Counted from the stretch's first letter, positions 1 to 9,068 are shown. The stretch is 64,000 nt of DNA from an uncultured Solirubrobacterales bacterium (GCA_963744105.1 CAVUSJ010000010.1:23878-87877), one strand, 5' to 3'. Notes: generated from the sequence alone by a model not told the origin. Program-made: numbers and translations.

Positions 1-58
1 GCGCACGCAGCCTCTGGCCAAACGGGGCGAGTAGTGGCAGCTTTCGACTCACTCGGAT

Positions 59-1237
59 GTGTCGGAGGTGAGCCGTCTGGGTCAGTTGGGAGGAACAACC
101 GGTCGAGCGGGGGCCGAAGCTCGATCCGTAGATGAGGCCGGAGAGGCAGTCGCCTCCCCCGAGTCGCGCCGTCGCGCAGCCAGCGCCCTGATCGAAACTC
201 ACGACGCCGTCTTCCGGCGGACAGCGCGGCGCTATTCGATCTGCGCCGACGACTCCGAGGACGCGTATCAGCGGGCCCTCGAGATTCTGCTGACGAAGGC
301 GCCGCCGATCGAGGGCGACGCGCTCGTCCGCTGGATGCAGACGGTCACCAAGCGCGAGGCCCTGGCGGTGCGTCGTCAGCGGGAGCGCCTCCTCGGCTCC
401 CCACGGCTCTCTCGCCCCGACGAGGACGACGAGCGGGACCCGCTCGACTCGATCGCCTCGGAGAGCCCAGGTCCAAACGACCGACTGGCCCGGCGCGAGC
501 GAGTGGTCCGCAGCGGAGAGGCACTCAACGCGCTGAAGCCGCAGGAGGTCCGGGCGCTGACTCTCAAGGCGCAGGGGTACTCGTACGCCGAGATAGGCGA
601 GATCACGGGCTGGTCGTATACGAAGATCAACCGGTGTATGGCCGAGGGCAGGAAGCGATTCCTGCAGGTCTTCGCGGAGATCGAGGACGGTCGCCGCTGC
701 GACCAGCTCGCGGAGGCGCTTTCGCAGATGGCCGATGGCGAGGGCGCCAACGGATCGGCGGACGCACTCGAGTTCCATTTGAGGGGCTGCGCGGCCTGCC
801 GCGCGAAGCTCCGCGCCTACCGGGCGATCCCGGACAAGGTCTTCGACCTGATGCCCGCCGGCCCGCTGCTCGACCAGTCGATGGGCGGGCATCCGCACGA
901 ATGGATCGCGGAACGGGCGGGAGCGATGGTGGAGAAGGTCCGCGAAGCCGGCTACTCACTCGTTTCACGTGGAGGCGGCGGAAGCGGTGACGCCGCGTCG
1001 GTGGCGGCGGCGGGCGGATCGCGTGGAGCGGGAATGGCTGCACTGGCGAAGGTGCTGGCGATCTGCGGCGCAACGGCGGCTGGCGGCGCTGCGTGCGTGG
1101 CCGGTGGAGTCGTGGACCCCGGATCGATCACGGAAAGTCACGACCGCGACCAGGCGGCGGTGGCGAGACCGGCGCCACCGACAGCGTCGACCGTTCCGGA
1201 GATCCCGGACGGCTCCGTCAGCGACCGCCACCGCTGA
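59..1237 (+). CDS. ECF-type sigma-70 factor fused in one polypeptide to a zf-HC2 (ZAS-like) anti-sigma motif and a membrane segment
   Basis: ORF track 59..1237 (GTG start). Region-2-like 'DSEDAYQRALEILL'. Region-4 HTH 'QGYSYAEIGEITGWSYTKINRCMAEGRKRF'. Then 'HLRGCAACRAKLRAY' (H-x3-C-x2-C), hydrophobic 'AALAKVLAICGATAAGGAACVAGGVV' and a Pro/Thr/Ser-rich tail. The frame may continue to 1445 after a frame change (see findings). Confidence 0.7.
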   Translation: MSEVSRLGQLGGTTGRAGAEARSVDEAGEAVASPESRRRAASALIETHDAVFRRTARRYSICADDSEDAYQRALEILLTKAPPIEGDALVRWMQTVTKREALAVRRQRERLLGSPRLSRPDEDDERDPLDSIASESPGPNDRLARRERVVRSGEALNALKPQEVRALTLKAQGYSYAEIGEITGWSYTKINRCMAEGRKRFLQVFAEIEDGRRCDQLAEALSQMADGEGANGSADALEFHLRGCAACRAKLRAYRAIPDKVFDLMPAGPLLDQSMGGHPHEWIAERAGAMVEKVREAGYSLVSRGGGGSGDAASVAAAGGSRGAGMAALAKVLAICGATAAGGAACVAGGVVDPGSITESHDRDQAAVARPAPPTASTVPEIPDGSVSDRHR

Positions 1238-1444
1238 GACGTCGACGACCAAGCCCGCGGAACCCGCGATTCCACCGCCTACGCCTACACAGCAGAAGAG
1301 TCGTCAGTTCGGGGTTGAGGCAGCGAGCTCCGGCTCCTCCTCGGGGAGCACGAGCAGCGGTGAGTTCGGCGGCCCGTCCAGTGGCGGCGGTTCTGGGGGC
1401 GGGGGTTCGGGCGGCGGCGGCTCCGGTGGATTTGGGATCGAGTG

Positions 1445-3045
1445 ATGAAGGCGGTGGAGAACTTTGGGCTCCCGGCTCTTAGGGAGTGGATGGGATCAGC
1501 GGACAGAGAGGAGATGAATGTGAACTCAGGCGGACGACGACTTGGAATGGTGGGACGCCTCTCCGTGGCGGCGGCGATTGTGTGCGCAGTCTTCGCGGCG
1601 TTCGCTTCCTCCGCGCATGCGAACTACAGCGTCCGCGAGTGCAACTCCGCGGTCGGGAACGTCGACGCAACCATGATTCGGCCATTCGGCGGGGCTACCA
1701 AGATCAGCCAGACGGACACCTGCGGGAGCTGGGGTCTCCGGATGGAGGCCAACGGTCAGAGCACAAGCAACACCTACGTGGTCTGGCAGTGGACCGCGCC
1801 ACCGAACACGATCTTCAAGACTGCGCAGACGACCCTCCACTACTACACCCATGGCGGGTATGGACCCATGACCAGCGGAAGCGGATCACCTGGGTACAGC
1901 GCGGTGGGCGTCGGTGGCGACCAATGGGTGGTGCCGGTCCAAAGCAACACGAGCTTCTACGCGATCTACGAGCAGTGCTTCGCGAGCCCATGCTCCAGCA
2001 CGTCGGCGTTCGCCTACATCATCAATTTCTACGCTGACGTCCAGGACCTGGCTCCGCCGTCAGTGACCGCTTCCGGCGAGCTTCTCGATGGAGGGGTGGT
2101 CAGCGGGGTCCAGACGGTCAATGCCACAGTCGTGGACTCAGGAGGTGGCGTTCGGTCGATTGGGGTCTACGTCAACGGGATTCGATCGGCTTGCGTTCAG
2201 GCATCTGTGGTCCGGATGTCGACGATGTCTCTTACTCCCATCTCAAGCCGTGTCCGGACTCGTCCGGTCCGCGCGCGATCCAGCTGGACACGGAGCATGG
2301 CGCCGGCTGGGTGAACGGCGCGAATGATGTTCGGATCTGCGGCTACGACGTGGGCGGCAACGAATCACCATGCGTGAGGCGGACGGTGACGGTCGACAAT
2401 TCCTGCGCGGCTTCAGGTGGAGCAGCTGCAACTTCGCTCGACTCAGGTGCCGACGTCGGCGGCCAGCTGCGACGGAGGGCGCAGCTGACATCCAACGACA
2501 GTCCCGTGATCCGAGGGACTCTCACGGACGCCGGCGGCAGCCCCGTCGCCGGGGCGGCCGTGTGCGTATACCAGACCACCGAGCTCCCGGATGCCGGCCG
2601 CGAGCTCGCGACCACCGTCACGACGCAGGCAAACGGGCGCTTCGCGACCAGACTCGACGCTGGACCTTCGCGCAGAGTTGACCTGGTCTACCGGTTCAAC
2701 ACGAAGAAGGTGACTGATCGGGTCGAGCTCGATTCGACCGTGGTGCCGACCCTGGCAATTCCTCGCAAGCACCTGACCAACGGACAAGCCGCGGCATTTT
2801 TTGGAGGGCTTCCTGGACCGAACGCGGAGGGCCGAGCGGTGGCCCTGCAGGCACGGGTCGGCCGCAAGTGGCGGACCTTCAAGCAGTTGCGAACCGGCGA
2901 AGAAGGGCATTTCCGCGGCAAGTACCGGTTCACCCAGACGATGGGCCGGGTGCGCTACGTCTTCCGGGCGCTCGTCAAGAGTCAGAGCGGATATCCGTAT
3001 GAGCCTGGCGCGTCGCGCGAGCGCAAGCTTGTCGTGCGCGGCTAG
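1445..3045 (+). pseudogene. secreted protein with CarboxypepD_reg-like beta-sandwich segment; reading frame broken near 2190-2215 (true frameshift or base-call error)
   Basis: ORFs 1442..2314 and 2191..3045 lie in different frames and overlap by 124 nt. The N-part has signal peptide 'LSVAAAIVCAVFAAFASSAHA'. After about 2200 the first frame becomes Arg/Ser-rich noise, while the second reads 'ICGPDVDDVSYSHLKPCPDSSG'. Later motif 'VIRGTLTDAGGSPVAGAAVCVYQTT...TTQANGRFATRL'. ATG 1445 overlaps the upstream stop (TGATG). Confidence 0.6.
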
Positions 3046-3485
3046 GGGGTTGGCTTCTCGGCTCGCTTCGAGAGACAGCGTGCGATCACGGTGATCGTGG
3101 CCTGGTTCGCCCCGTCGGCCTTTGCGCTCACCACCCAGCCCTCGCTGATCGGATTCGAGCCGATCAGGGCGGCGAAGTTGCTATCGACAAATCCCCCGCC
3201 AGAGATCACGCGAGTGCCGGAAGGACAGACCGCAGTCGCCGATGCCCTCGCGAACGTGCCGTCGGGTGGCCCCGGGTCGCTGAAGGTCGTTTGATTCCTG
3301 ACCTCAATCAGCCGCGACAGGTCGCGCGCGGTCACGTTGTACGGCCGAATGCTCTTGCTGGTCACGGAATTCTTCGGCGCAGTCGCCTTCATGGCGATTG
3401 CCGTTGTACCTCCAGCGACGGCGACCAGTAGGGCAAGTGTCGCCGTCACGTTCGCGTAACTCAGATGACGTCTGATCCGATCCAC
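3042..3485 (-). CDS. hypothetical membrane-anchored or secreted protein
   Basis: GTG start with AGGAGGGAGG about 9 nt upstream. N-terminal hydrophobic 'VTATLALLVAVAGGTTAIA'. No family recognised. Its stop shares a CTAG with the convergent gene. Confidence 0.6.
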   Translation of the reverse strand: MDRIRRHLSYANVTATLALLVAVAGGTTAIAMKATAPKNSVTSKSIRPYNVTARDLSRLIEVRNQTTFSDPGPPDGTFARASATAVCPSGTRVISGGGFVDSNFAALIGSNPISEGWVVSAKADGANQATITVIARCLSKRAEKPTP

Positions 3486-3581
3486 TGGGTCCTCCCTCCT
3501 GTGACTGCCTCTTCAACCCGACATGGGCGCGATCGACGCGCCGACCTTATAGCCGACGCCAGAAAATGAAAGTCTCCCGGC

Positions 3582-4641
3582 GTGACGTCAAGGGAGCGGC
3601 TCTTCCTCGGGGCAACCGCGGTGGTAACGGCGATCGCCGGGGTGATGCGGTACTCGGGCACCACAGCCGTTCTCGCCTTTGCCACGGCGACAGTCGCGCT
3701 GGCCGGACTGGCGTGGGTCGTCGCGCTCGCGACCGAGCAGGTTGGGCTCCGGTTCGGGCCGGCGGTAACCGGCTTCCTGCAATCGACCCTCGGCAACCTG
3801 CCCGAGTTCTTCATCGTGCTCTTCGCACTCGGCAACGGCGAGCTCGTCGTCGCGCAGACCTCGCTGATCGGCTCGATCTTCGCCAACGCACTGTTCGTGC
3901 TCGGGCTGGTGATCGTCGCCGGCACTGGTCCAGTCGAACGACGGCTGCATGCGATTCCGTCACCGGCTGCCGCAGGACACGGCGACGTTGCTGCTCGTCT
4001 CGCTCTTCGTGATCGTGATCGTCGGCCTCTCGATCGCCTCCTCGGACAAGGCGAGCCATCACATCGAGGGCCTCTCCAACGTCGGGGCGATCTGCCTGCT
4101 CGTCGTCTACGGGGCCTGGATCTGGGGGTACCTGCGCTCCGACCCGGAGCCGGGCGAGGCCGGCGAGGAAGAGACGAGGCCCCGGCTCTCGATGACCTTC
4201 GCGGTCGTGCTGCTCGCGATCGCGGGTGTCGGTGCGGCCTTCGTCTCTGACTGGTTCATCCACGCCCTCGATCCGGCGGTGGCCTCGCTCGGCATCTCGA
4301 AGGCATTCGCCGGTCTGGTGATCGTCGCCATCGCCGGCAACGCGGTGGAGAACTTCACCGGGATCTTCCTGGCCGCCAAGGGCAAGTCGGATCTGGCGAT
4401 CTCGGTGGTGAAGAACTCGGTCGCCCAGATCGCGGCCTTTCTCTTCCCGGCGCTGGTGCTCACCTCGCTGCTCTTCACGACGCACCTGACCTTCGCGCTG
4501 GCACCCGTCTACATCGGGGCGCTCTTCCTCACGGCGATCGCGATCTGGCAGATCACCGGCGACGGCGAGGCCCAGATGTTCGAGGGCATCGCGCTGATCG
4601 CGATCTACGTGGTGCTGGCGGCGTTCACGCTCTACGACTGA
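3582..4641 (+). pseudogene. Ca2+/H+ antiporter, CaCA (ChaA/CAX) family, reading frame interrupted near 3925-3955
   Basis: ORFs 3582..4250 and 3949..4641 are in different frames. The alpha-1 repeat 'GNLPEFF' is in the first and the alpha-2 repeat 'GNAVENF' in the second. The first frame turns into Arg/Gly-rich text after about 3950. Together they give a normal-length polytopic exchanger. Confidence 0.75.
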
Positions 4642-4654
4642 GCGCGATTTCGTT

Positions 4655-5986
4655 TCAACCGCGAACGGCCCGCAGCTGCGGGCCGTTCGTCTGCTCGGGC
4701 GCGACCTCGGCGAGGTCGTCGGCGAGCGCCTCGACGACCAGCGGGTCGAACCGCTTGCCCGCGTTGCGGCGCAGCTCGGCGAGGGCCTCGTCCTCGGTGA
4801 GCTGCCGCTGATCCGGGCGCTTCGCGGTGAGGACGACGTACTCGACGCAGACGGCGAGGATGCGAGAGCCGAGCGGGATCCGGTCGCCGGCCAGGCCGTC
4901 GGGATAGCCGCTGCCGTCGTAGTTCTCGTGGCCCGAGCGGACCAGCGTCGCGACCGGAGCGAGCGCGGGGGCGGAGGCAATGATCTCCGCCCCGGCGCCG
5001 GGGAGGTCGCGCAGGAGGATGGACTCGTCGGCCGGCAGGTGGCTCTGGCTCTCGAGGGCGGCGTCGGGGACGGAGAGCATGCCGACGTGCTGGAGGCGGG
5101 CGGCATAGACGAGGTCGTCGAGCTGCTCCCGGCTCAGGCCGAGCGAGCGACCGAGCGACTGAACGTGGAACGACACGGCGCGGAGATGCGGGCCCATCTC
5201 GGGATGCCGCTTGTTGAGGATGGCGAGAAGGGTGTCGTGGGCCTGGCTCTTCGCCGACTCGCGCTGGCGCCGGCGGTCGGCGGCCAGACGGCGGCCGGCG
5301 ATCTGGAGCGCCTTCTCCGCGTCGGTGGCGTCATCGGGGAGGGTGACGACGCCGTGGGCCCGGCCCAGCACGGCCTCCGCTCCGGCCCCATCGTCGTCGT
5401 CCGAAAGGAAGATGGCCATCGCGATCTCGCTCGGGTCGCGATCGTAGGCGGGGACGAGGGCGCAGAACTGGCCTCCGTCGACGCGGTAGGCGCGCCCCTC
5501 GAGGCCGCGGGCCACAGCGGTGAACCGGCGAGCGAAGGCGCGGAGCAGCTTGTCGCTCGCCCTGAAGCCGAGCCGGTCGCGATAGTCGGTGACGCCCTCG
5601 AGCTCGAGCAGAACCAGGACCTGCGACTCGTCGGAGTCCTTGAGGACCTGGGTCAGGTCGTGGCTGAGCTGGATCCGGTTCGCGATCCCGGTGACGGCGT
5701 CGATGCGGGCACGGCGATGGTTGTTCTGGACCAGCCAGGTGAAGACGGCGCCGAGGAGCGCAAGGCCGAGCCAGAAGACCAGATCGGTGACCTTGCGCTG
5801 GACGTGGTTGTAGATCAGGAGCGTCGCGGCGAGGCTGGCGAAGAGGGCGGGCCCGGCGACGGACCACTCACGCTCGAACGCGCGGATCTTCCTCCAGGCG
5901 CGGCGCATGCGGGACGGCCGCTGGGGAGAGGGCCGGTAGGCGCGCCGCGTCCGCGCCGAGGCTTTCCCAATCGTGTGGGCTTCCAT
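4655..5986 (-). CDS. membrane-anchored GGDEF-like plus HD-GYP-like signalling protein (both signature motifs degenerate)
   Basis: ORF 4655..6289. Start preferred at 'MEAHTIG' (5986). Two hydrophobic segments. GGDEF-domain text 'IDAVTGIANR...YRVDGGQFCALV' has GGQF in place of GGDEF. HD-GYP-domain text 'AARLQHVGML...GSGYPDGL' has QH in place of HD but retains GYP. Confidence 0.7.
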   Translation of the reverse strand: MEAHTIGKASARTRRAYRPSPQRPSRMRRAWRKIRAFEREWSVAGPALFASLAATLLIYNHVQRKVTDLVFWLGLALLGAVFTWLVQNNHRRARIDAVTGIANRIQLSHDLTQVLKDSDESQVLVLLELEGVTDYRDRLGFRASDKLLRAFARRFTAVARGLEGRAYRVDGGQFCALVPAYDRDPSEIAMAIFLSDDDDGAGAEAVLGRAHGVVTLPDDATDAEKALQIAGRRLAADRRRQRESAKSQAHDTLLAILNKRHPEMGPHLRAVSFHVQSLGRSLGLSREQLDDLVYAARLQHVGMLSVPDAALESQSHLPADESILLRDLPGAGAEIIASAPALAPVATLVRSGHENYDGSGYPDGLAGDRIPLGSRILAVCVEYVVLTAKRPDQRQLTEDEALAELRRNAGKRFDPLVVEALADDLAEVAPEQTNGPQLRAVRG

Positions 5987-6246
5987 TGGTCTAGTATCGG
6001 CCGGGCATTTGGCCAAGGCGGCCAATCTGGACGTTTGATCCATCGCCACGCCTGGCAGCACCTGGCTGCCCCTACCGCAATCCGCAGCCGGCGCTTCTCG
6101 CACACAGCGGGGATCGGCACTGTTCCCACGGCCCAGTTGCTTCCAAGGCTCACGCTGTTTGCGCTGTGGTCTTTGAAGCGGAGCGGTTGACGTGGTCGCA
6201 GCGGCAAGGGAGAATCGGGTCGCCAACAGCACGGAAGGAGACCGCT

Positions 6247-6849
6247 GTGTCCTGGAGCCTGAAGGGGAGCTACTTCGAGACCTGCTCATGTGACCTCATG
6301 TGCCCGTGCAACATGTCTTTCGACCACGGCGCGACCTACGACTACTGCCGGGTCACCCTCGTCTTCAACATCAAAGAGGGTGAGATCGAGGGCACGGACG
6401 TCAGCGGCCTCAGCGTTGCGGCGATCGCGGACACTCCGAAGGTCATGACCGAGGGCAATTGGCGCCTGGGCATGTTCATCGACGACCAGGCAAGCGACGA
6501 GCAAATGGAGAAGCTCACCGCCGTCTTCGGGGGCCAGAAAGGGGGTCCGATGGAGGCGATCACTCCCCTCGTTGGCGAGATCCTCGGCGCCGAGCGGGCG
6601 TCATTCGAGGTGGTCGAGGAGGGGCTGCGCCACAGCGTCAAGATCGGTGACGCGATCGACTTTGAGATCGAGGACATCGTTCCCTTCGGCGTCGAGACCG
6701 GGGAGCCCGTGCGGCTCGTCGGCGTGTTCCATCCGGCCTCGTCGGAGTTCAACGCCGCTGAAGCGAAGCGCTCGAAGATCAGCGCCTTCGGCATCGAGTA
6801 CGAGGGGAAGACCGGGATATCGGCGTCCGAGTTCGCCTGGGCCGCCTGA
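6247..6849 (+). CDS. DUF1326 family protein
   Basis: GTG 6247 preceded by GGAAGGAG. N-terminus 'VSWSLKGSYFETCSCDLMCPCN' is the family's characteristic C-x-C-x3-C-x-C cluster. Ends 3 nt from the convergent DUF2182 gene. Confidence 0.75.
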   Translation: MSWSLKGSYFETCSCDLMCPCNMSFDHGATYDYCRVTLVFNIKEGEIEGTDVSGLSVAAIADTPKVMTEGNWRLGMFIDDQASDEQMEKLTAVFGGQKGGPMEAITPLVGEILGAERASFEVVEEGLRHSVKIGDAIDFEIEDIVPFGVETGEPVRLVGVFHPASSEFNAAEAKRSKISAFGIEYEGKTGISASEFAWAA

Positions 6850-6852
6850 AGG

Positions 6853-7773
6853 CTAGGGCGCGGGCATCCCCTTCTCGTTCCCGTTCATCCCGCCCTGGGA
6901 TGGCATCTTCTGATCGCTCATTGATCCGCCGCTTGAGGAGTCGTGCATGTCCATCGAGTCCATCGCCCGCGCCGCCGCGGGTGAGTTCGGCAGGGTGAGT
7001 CCCGGCACCTTGTCGGGGGCAAAGGCCACCATCAAGCCGAGCACGGCTAACAGAATCGCGACGGAGCGATTGGCCACCGCCTTCCAGGGCAAGAGCTTCT
7101 CGAGTGCGATCAGGGCGGCGATCAGGACCATCCAGCCGATGCTCATCACGCCAAGGGCGAAGAGCGCCGCCATCAGGCCCCAGCAGCAGCCGACGCACCA
7201 GCCCCCGTGCTCCATGCCCATCCGAAGCGCGCCGATCCGGCCCGGGCGCCAATGCATGAGCACGAACGTCAGCGGGCTCCGGCAGTGCCGGAGGCAGACG
7301 TCCTTGAGCGGCGTGAGCTGGTAGACCGCGGCCGCAACGATGACGCCGCCGGCCACGTACGGGCCATCGCTGTCCCAGGCCATGAAGCCGAGGTCGAGCG
7401 ACCGCGCGATCTCGAAGATCGCGTAGGCGAACAGGCCCGCCGCCGCCCAGGTGAGCAGGTAGCCGCCGACGAATGTCGCGGTGGCGCCGGCCTGGGTCGG
7501 CTGGCCCTTCCGCCGCTTTCCCTCTTCGATGCGCGCGTACATGACCACCATCGGCGCGATCGAGGGAAACATCATCGCTGCCATCATCACGACCCAGGCA
7601 GTGAGCCAGAAGCCGAGACCGCCAAGATCCGTGCCCGGGCCGGCGTCCATGCCAGCCATTCGGTCGCCCGTCAGCGCCCAGGCGACGGCGGCGAGAAGCA
7701 GCAACCCGAAGATGAGGCCGAGCTGAACCGCGCTCGGGAGGGGTGGTGCTCGGCGGAGCGTCGTCGACTCCAT
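6853..7773 (-). CDS. DUF2182 family predicted metal-binding integral membrane protein with Met/His-rich C-terminal tail
   Basis: Motifs 'WVVMMAAMMFPSIAPMVVMY', 'LKDVCLRHCRSPL' and 'GMEHGGWCVGCCWGLM...ALEK' match my memory of DUF2182. Tail 'MDSMDMHDSSSGGSMSDQKMPSQGGMNGNEKGMP'. Confidence 0.8.
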   Translation of the reverse strand: MESTTLRRAPPLPSAVQLGLIFGLLLLAAVAWALTGDRMAGMDAGPGTDLGGLGFWLTAWVVMMAAMMFPSIAPMVVMYARIEEGKRRKGQPTQAGATATFVGGYLLTWAAAGLFAYAIFEIARSLDLGFMAWDSDGPYVAGGVIVAAAVYQLTPLKDVCLRHCRSPLTFVLMHWRPGRIGALRMGMEHGGWCVGCCWGLMAALFALGVMSIGWMVLIAALIALEKLLPWKAVANRSVAILLAVLGLMVAFAPDKVPGLTLPNSPAAARAMDSMDMHDSSSGGSMSDQKMPSQGGMNGNEKGMPAP

Positions 7774-7818
7774 CGGCCTCGACTCTAGTTGCCCAAGAAG
7801 TACGCTGGCGAATCAAGC

Positions 7819-8424
7819 ATGACGTGGGGAATCCGAGGCACCTACTTCGAATCGTGCAACTGCGAGGCGATTTGTCCCTGCCGGCGCATCGATGGTTTCG
7901 CTGGGGGTCGTTCGACACACGGTGTGTGCTTGGGGGTTCTGTCGTGGCGGATTGAGGAGGGCGCCGCCAACAGCACCGATCTTTCCGGGCTCTCGGTCGC
8001 GCTGGCCTCCCGCTACAGCGATGATGAGGAGGGCTCGCCTTGGACGTGGATCCTCTACCTCGACGCGCGGGGGTCCGTCGAGCAGCGTGCCGCGCTCGAG
8101 AGCATCTTCACCGGTCGTCTCGGGGGCGATGTGATGGACCATTTCCCATGGGCCTGGAAGGACAGCGAGCTTGTCGCGGTGCGACCTGTCGAGATCGAGG
8201 TCAACCACACACGGCGACGGCAGCGACTGCGAATCCGCGATCTCGTAAGCGTCCGCATCCGTGGCCGTTACGACGGCGACGAGACCGTCACCTGCGTCAT
8301 CCCGGGCCATCAGCGGGCCGGCGAAGAACTTGTCGCGAACGAGCTCGTGGTCGAGGACGACCCGCTCTCCTTCAGCTATCGCGGTGTGTGCGGGTACGGC
8401 TCAACCTTCGACTACGCGGGGTAA
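7819..8424 (+). CDS. DUF1326 family protein (second copy)
   Basis: 'MTWGIRGTYFESCNCEAICPCR' parallels the first copy. The ORF track starts at 7789 (TTG); ATG 7819 fits the family N-terminus. Divergent from the DUF2182 gene across 45 bp. Confidence 0.75.
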   Translation: MTWGIRGTYFESCNCEAICPCRRIDGFAGGRSTHGVCLGVLSWRIEEGAANSTDLSGLSVALASRYSDDEEGSPWTWILYLDARGSVEQRAALESIFTGRLGGDVMDHFPWAWKDSELVAVRPVEIEVNHTRRRQRLRIRDLVSVRIRGRYDGDETVTCVIPGHQRAGEELVANELVVEDDPLSFSYRGVCGYGSTFDYAG

Positions 8425-8445
8425 TCGCATTCATCGAGAGCCGGA

Positions 8446-8727
8446 TTACCTCCCCCGCGGTGGCCGCCCTTCCCGCAGGAGGAGAACGGAACCGCCCCCG
8501 TGCGCCAGGGCGCAGCGCCAGTGGCCGGGCACCTTGCCCTGGCCGTCGTAGGCCTTCGCCACCTCGATCGCCCGGGAGCAGGAGACGCGCCGCAGCGCGA
8601 ACACCCTGGCGAGCGGATAGATGGAGGTCGAGTCGAGGGTGCCGCAGTCGGTCGCCGTGTAGCGCGCCCGCTCAGTCCTGACCACCGCCGAGTGCTTGTC
8701 GGAGCCTCCTCCGAAGGAGGGGAACAT
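8446..8727 (-). CDS. small Cys/His-containing hypothetical protein downstream of csoR
   Basis: 93 codons. Hand-counted third-position GC is about 90%, as in genuine genes here. 3 Cys and 3 His. Starts 46 nt after the csoR stop on the same strand. No family recognised. Confidence 0.5.
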   Translation of the reverse strand: MFPSFGGGSDKHSAVVRTERARYTATDCGTLDSTSIYPLARVFALRRVSCSRAIEVAKAYDGQGKVPGHWRCALAHGGGSVLLLREGRPPRGR

Positions 8728-8773
8728 CGAGACAACCGCGAGGGCACCCGAGGGGAAGCGCCTAAACGCCGCG

Positions 8774-9058
8774 CTAGGAGCTGACCAGCCGGCCGACCGC
8801 GCCCATCAGCTCCTGCACCTGCTCCTCGGTCGCCCCCTCGCCGCCGCGCATGCAATGGCGGACGTGATCATCGACGAGGCCGAGCGCGATCTTGTTGAGA
8901 GCGGCCTGGGCCGCCTCGATCTGGGTGAGGACGTCGATGCAGTAGCGGTCCTCCTCGACCATCCGCTTGACGCCCCCGACCTGCCCCTCGACGCGGGCCA
9001 GCCGCTTGAGGATGTCGTCCTTCGATGCCTTGTAGCCGGGTGTCTTCTTTGCCGTCAT
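8774..9058 (-). CDS. csoR: CsoR family copper-sensing transcriptional repressor
   Basis: 'RLARVEGQVGGVKRMVEEDRYCIDVLTQIEAAQAALNKIALGLVDDHVRHC' has the C-x24-H-x3-C spacing of the CsoR Cu(I) ligands. The track start at 9070 would overlap the operator, so ATG 9058 is preferred. Confidence 0.85.
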   Translation of the reverse strand: MTAKKTPGYKASKDDILKRLARVEGQVGGVKRMVEEDRYCIDVLTQIEAAQAALNKIALGLVDDHVRHCMRGGEGATEEQVQELMGAVGRLVSS

Positions 9059-9068
9059 GTTGTGCAGC

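Noticed and set aside
3042-3045. Recurrent CTAG / TAGCTA shared stop codons at convergent gene pairs (3042, 21185, 29116, 41592-41597, 48959-48964).
   Set aside because: TAG on both strands naturally produces CTAG-type overlaps. There is no evidence of function beyond compact gene packing.
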